A DNA stretch of 64,000 nucleotides. It comes from Rhizobium sp. Q54 (lineage in GTDB: Bacteria > Pseudomonadota > Alphaproteobacteria > UBA7879 > VGCX01). A program made the position numbers and the translations under genes. Below the pieces are notes generated by a model. It worked only from the letters and a program-made list of their open reading frames with translations, ran no database searches and had not been told where the DNA came from. Numbering within the stretch: the stretch's first letter is position 1; each line of letters starts with the position of its first letter. Below are positions 61,714 to 64,000 of this stretch, one piece after another. The stretch is taken from NCBI GenBank assembly GCA_945870825.1, contig CAMBTM010000001.1:26926-90925 (forward strand). Reading direction: 5' to 3'.

Positions 61714-62744
61714 GGAAGACGTTTTTTCAAGGCCAAAACGCGTCCATAGGCTTCATCAATACGATTCTCAAAGATATCACCCCGCTTCACGGCAGCAACC
61801 ACCCCGTCAATAAGGATTGGCAGAATTTCCGGTGAGGGGACAAACGTTGAAACGCCTGCCGCAGCGGCCTTATTATTCGAGAGAATCACCATATCGCAGC
61901 CTGCATTTAACGCCTGAAGGGTTGCATCAATCACATCATAGTGGTCTTGAATCGCCCCCATATGCAAGTCATCAGAGATAATAATCCCCTCATAGCCCTG
62001 ACGGCGAAGAAGATCTAACGTCTGCTTGGAAAAACTCGCCGGCACCGCCGGATCAAGATGAGCATTAAAAATGTGGGCTGTCATGACCATATCAACGGTT
62101 TTTTGGCGGGTAAGGTCATAAAATGGGATCAGTTCCCGTTCATCCCAACAGTCTGTGACGTCAACAAAGCCTTCATGAGAATCCCCTTGGGCACTGCCAT
62201 GGCCAGGGAAATGCTTAATCACCGCTAACAAGTTTTCTGCGTGGAACGCATCAATCAATGCCCCCGCATAAGAAACAACCTCACTTGGATTTGTAGAATA
62301 ACTGCGCTGCAGGTCCCCAACGACGGGACATTTATACCCCTCAGGATTAAGATCCACACAAGGGGCAAAATCCAAATTAATCCCATGAGATACCATTTCC
62401 TTGGCCATGGCACGGTAACAGGCCGCTACTTCTGAAATAGGTTGGTGGGAGAGCGTTTCTGCCGAAGGGAATCCCTGAAAACCCTGGACCGGCGCTAGTC
62501 TTTGTACACGCCCCCCTTCTTGATCCACGCTGATCAATAATTGATCATCAAGCTGATTAAAAAAACCTGTGAGCTCTTTTAATTGAGCCGAATTTTGAAT
62601 GTTATAGGAAAAAAGAATGATGCCCCCGACCTCGCCCAGCTTAATCTGACGGGCTACGTCGTCAACCCAAGGGTCTTTTGAATCTGTACCATGAAACCCA
62701 GCAATAAAGAGTTGGCCTACTTTTTGTCGAAGAGAAGGAGACAT
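61710..62744 (-). CDS. nagZ: Beta-N-acetylhexosaminidase (GH3)
   Basis: KVGQLFIAGF N-terminus and the GH3 catalytic region KHFPGHG. Confidence 0.85.
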   Translation of the reverse strand: MSPSLRQKVGQLFIAGFHGTDSKDPWVDDVARQIKLGEVGGIILFSYNIQNSAQLKELTGFFNQLDDQLLISVDQEGGRVQRLAPVQGFQGFPSAETLSHQPISEVAACYRAMAKEMVSHGINLDFAPCVDLNPEGYKCPVVGDLQRSYSTNPSEVVSYAGALIDAFHAENLLAVIKHFPGHGSAQGDSHEGFVDVTDCWDERELIPFYDLTRQKTVDMVMTAHIFNAHLDPAVPASFSKQTLDLLRRQGYEGIIISDDLHMGAIQDHYDVIDATLQALNAGCDMVILSNNKAAAAGVSTFVPSPEILPILIDGVVAAVKRGDIFENRIDEAYGRVLALKKRLP

Positions 62745-62747
62745 GTT

Positions 62748-63632
62748 TTACCATCCATATTTTTGAGCATGCATCATCATATACTTCTGCATTTTAGAAA
62801 AGGCTCTATTTTCCAATTGGCGGACACGTTCTTTAGAAAGATTCAGGTTTTGAGCCAAGGCATCCAAAGTCGCTGGGGGATCTTGAAGACGCCTTTCTTG
62901 GATAATTCTGAGCTCTCGCGGTGTTAATTTTTGAAGGCTTTCTTCCAACAGTTCCCCACGCTTATACGCATCATCTTTTTGGATGACTTTTTCTTCTTGG
63001 GAAGCATTAGTATCAACAAGCCAATCTTGCCACTCAAGGGATTCCCCATCCCCCCCAACGCTGGCGTTCAAAGAATAGTCCGCCCCTTGCATGCGTTGTT
63101 CCATGCTTTGGACTTCTTCTTCAGTGACATCCAATTCCTTGGAAATGGCTGTACGGTTTTTCGCTGTATTCTTCTGGCCACCTTCTAAGGCATTTAATTC
63201 ATGGGTGAGGCGCCGAAAATTAAAGAACAGTTTCTTTTGGGCAGCCGTTGTACCAAGGCGCACCAACGACCAGGACCGTAGAATATAATCCTGCATAGCC
63301 GCTTTAATCCACCACATGGCATAGGTTGAAAACCGATACCCCTTGGAGGGATCAAATTTTTTCATGGCTTGCATAATGCCGATATTACCTTCCGCAATCA
63401 GTTCAGCCACAGGAAGGCCATAACCCCGATAACCCGATGCGATTTTGGCAACAAGACGAAGATGACTGGTGATCAAAACCTGGGCAGCATCCATGTCCTG
63501 GTGTTCCACCCATTTTTTAGCAAGGGTGAATTCCTCTTCTGGCTCGAGAAGGGGATAATCTTGGATTTTCCGCATATAGGACTTAACGTCCTCTGCACCC
63601 GATTGAAAATGGCCTGTGGGCAGTGTACTCAT
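62748..63632 (-). CDS. rpoH: RNA polymerase sigma-32 factor
   Basis: Regions 2-4 of a sigma70-family factor plus the RpoH box QKKLFFNFRRL. Confidence 0.9.
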   Translation of the reverse strand: MSTLPTGHFQSGAEDVKSYMRKIQDYPLLEPEEEFTLAKKWVEHQDMDAAQVLITSHLRLVAKIASGYRGYGLPVAELIAEGNIGIMQAMKKFDPSKGYRFSTYAMWWIKAAMQDYILRSWSLVRLGTTAAQKKLFFNFRRLTHELNALEGGQKNTAKNRTAISKELDVTEEEVQSMEQRMQGADYSLNASVGGDGESLEWQDWLVDTNASQEEKVIQKDDAYKRGELLEESLQKLTPRELRIIQERRLQDPPATLDALAQNLNLSKERVRQLENRAFSKMQKYMMMHAQKYGW

Positions 63633-63639
63633 AGTACCC

Positions 63640-64000
63640 CTACTGTTTTACCAATACCTTTGGTAAATAGGTCTGAAGATTAAGAAGCATTTGCTCATCA
63701 AACGCATTCATAAATGTTTGAACAAACTGTTGCCAAAGTCTACGACGGAACGCTAATTTCACATCGCTGGCAATTTCAACTTTTCTCTCTAAGAATGCTT
63801 CTGCTTGTCCTTTTGCATAAGACTGGGTTCCTGCAATTTCCACTGAAACCAAAACCTTGGCGCCAAAATAATCGGGTTTATCACTGTTGAACAACACATG
63901 AATGTCTTCTTTTCTCTTCAACCCACCGCTCATGGTGTGAGATTGCTTAATGGTAATGATGGCCTTGCCTTTGGAACCAGTGGCCACAAAGCGGCTTTTT
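63640..64000 (-). CDS. Hypothetical protein, 3' portion (gene probably continues beyond the window edge)
   Basis: Open minus-strand frame running to the window boundary. No motif recognised. Confidence 0.3.
   Translation of the reverse strand, partial: KSRFVATGSKGKAIITIKQSHTMSGGLKRKEDIHVLFNSDKPDYFGAKVLVSVEIAGTQSYAKGQAEAFLERKVEIASDVKLAFRRRLWQQFVQTFMNAFDEQMLLNLQTYLPKVLVKQ

Overview
The window is a 64 kb, low-to-moderate-GC chromosomal segment, almost certainly alphaproteobacterial, and its AT-rich accessory patches and eukaryote-like LRR protein suggest an intracellular or amoeba-associated lineage. Most of it is conserved housekeeping. The operons are:

- **Nucleotide and translation:** B12-dependent ribonucleotide reductase nrdJ, nusA-infB, rpsI-rplM, gatCAB.
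- **tRNA/membrane block:** trmB-lnt-ybeX-ybeY-phoH-miaB-bamE.
- **DNA and cell envelope:** recA, the yejABEF peptide ABC importer, galU-ugd-pgm plus kdsB, mipZ, cca, ampD, nagZ.
- **Lipid and energy:** rpmF-plsX-fabH-ihfA, pgpA, lipA-lpd-pdhC-pdhB-pdhA.
- **Others:** hupB, ros/mucR, tsaB-rimI, rpoH, and three tRNAs (Pro-GGG, Asp-GTC, Val-TAC).

Between these lie accessory elements:

- Three type II toxin-antitoxin pairs: Phd/RelE, MazEF fused translationally into pgpA, and MNT/HepT.
- A single-gene Fic protein with a C-terminal SxxxEG autoinhibition motif, which marks it as class III, and with atypical base composition.
- Two diverged paralogous AAA+ ATPases of the AAA_14/DUF4143 type. The first has a promoter region packed with palindromes, including two TGGCA-N7-TGCCA sites 32 bp apart.
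- A BspA-type leucine-rich-repeat membrane protein behind an AT-rich repeat promoter.
- A 940-aa signal-peptide orphan protein and a 983-aa AsmA/YhdP-like protein.

I found no transposase, integrase, CRISPR array or recognisable multi-gene defence system. The most novel candidates are the orphan secreted protein, the palindrome-controlled DUF4143 ATPase pair, and the Fic/TA islet. All gene calls rest on motif recognition by eye. No database searches were run.
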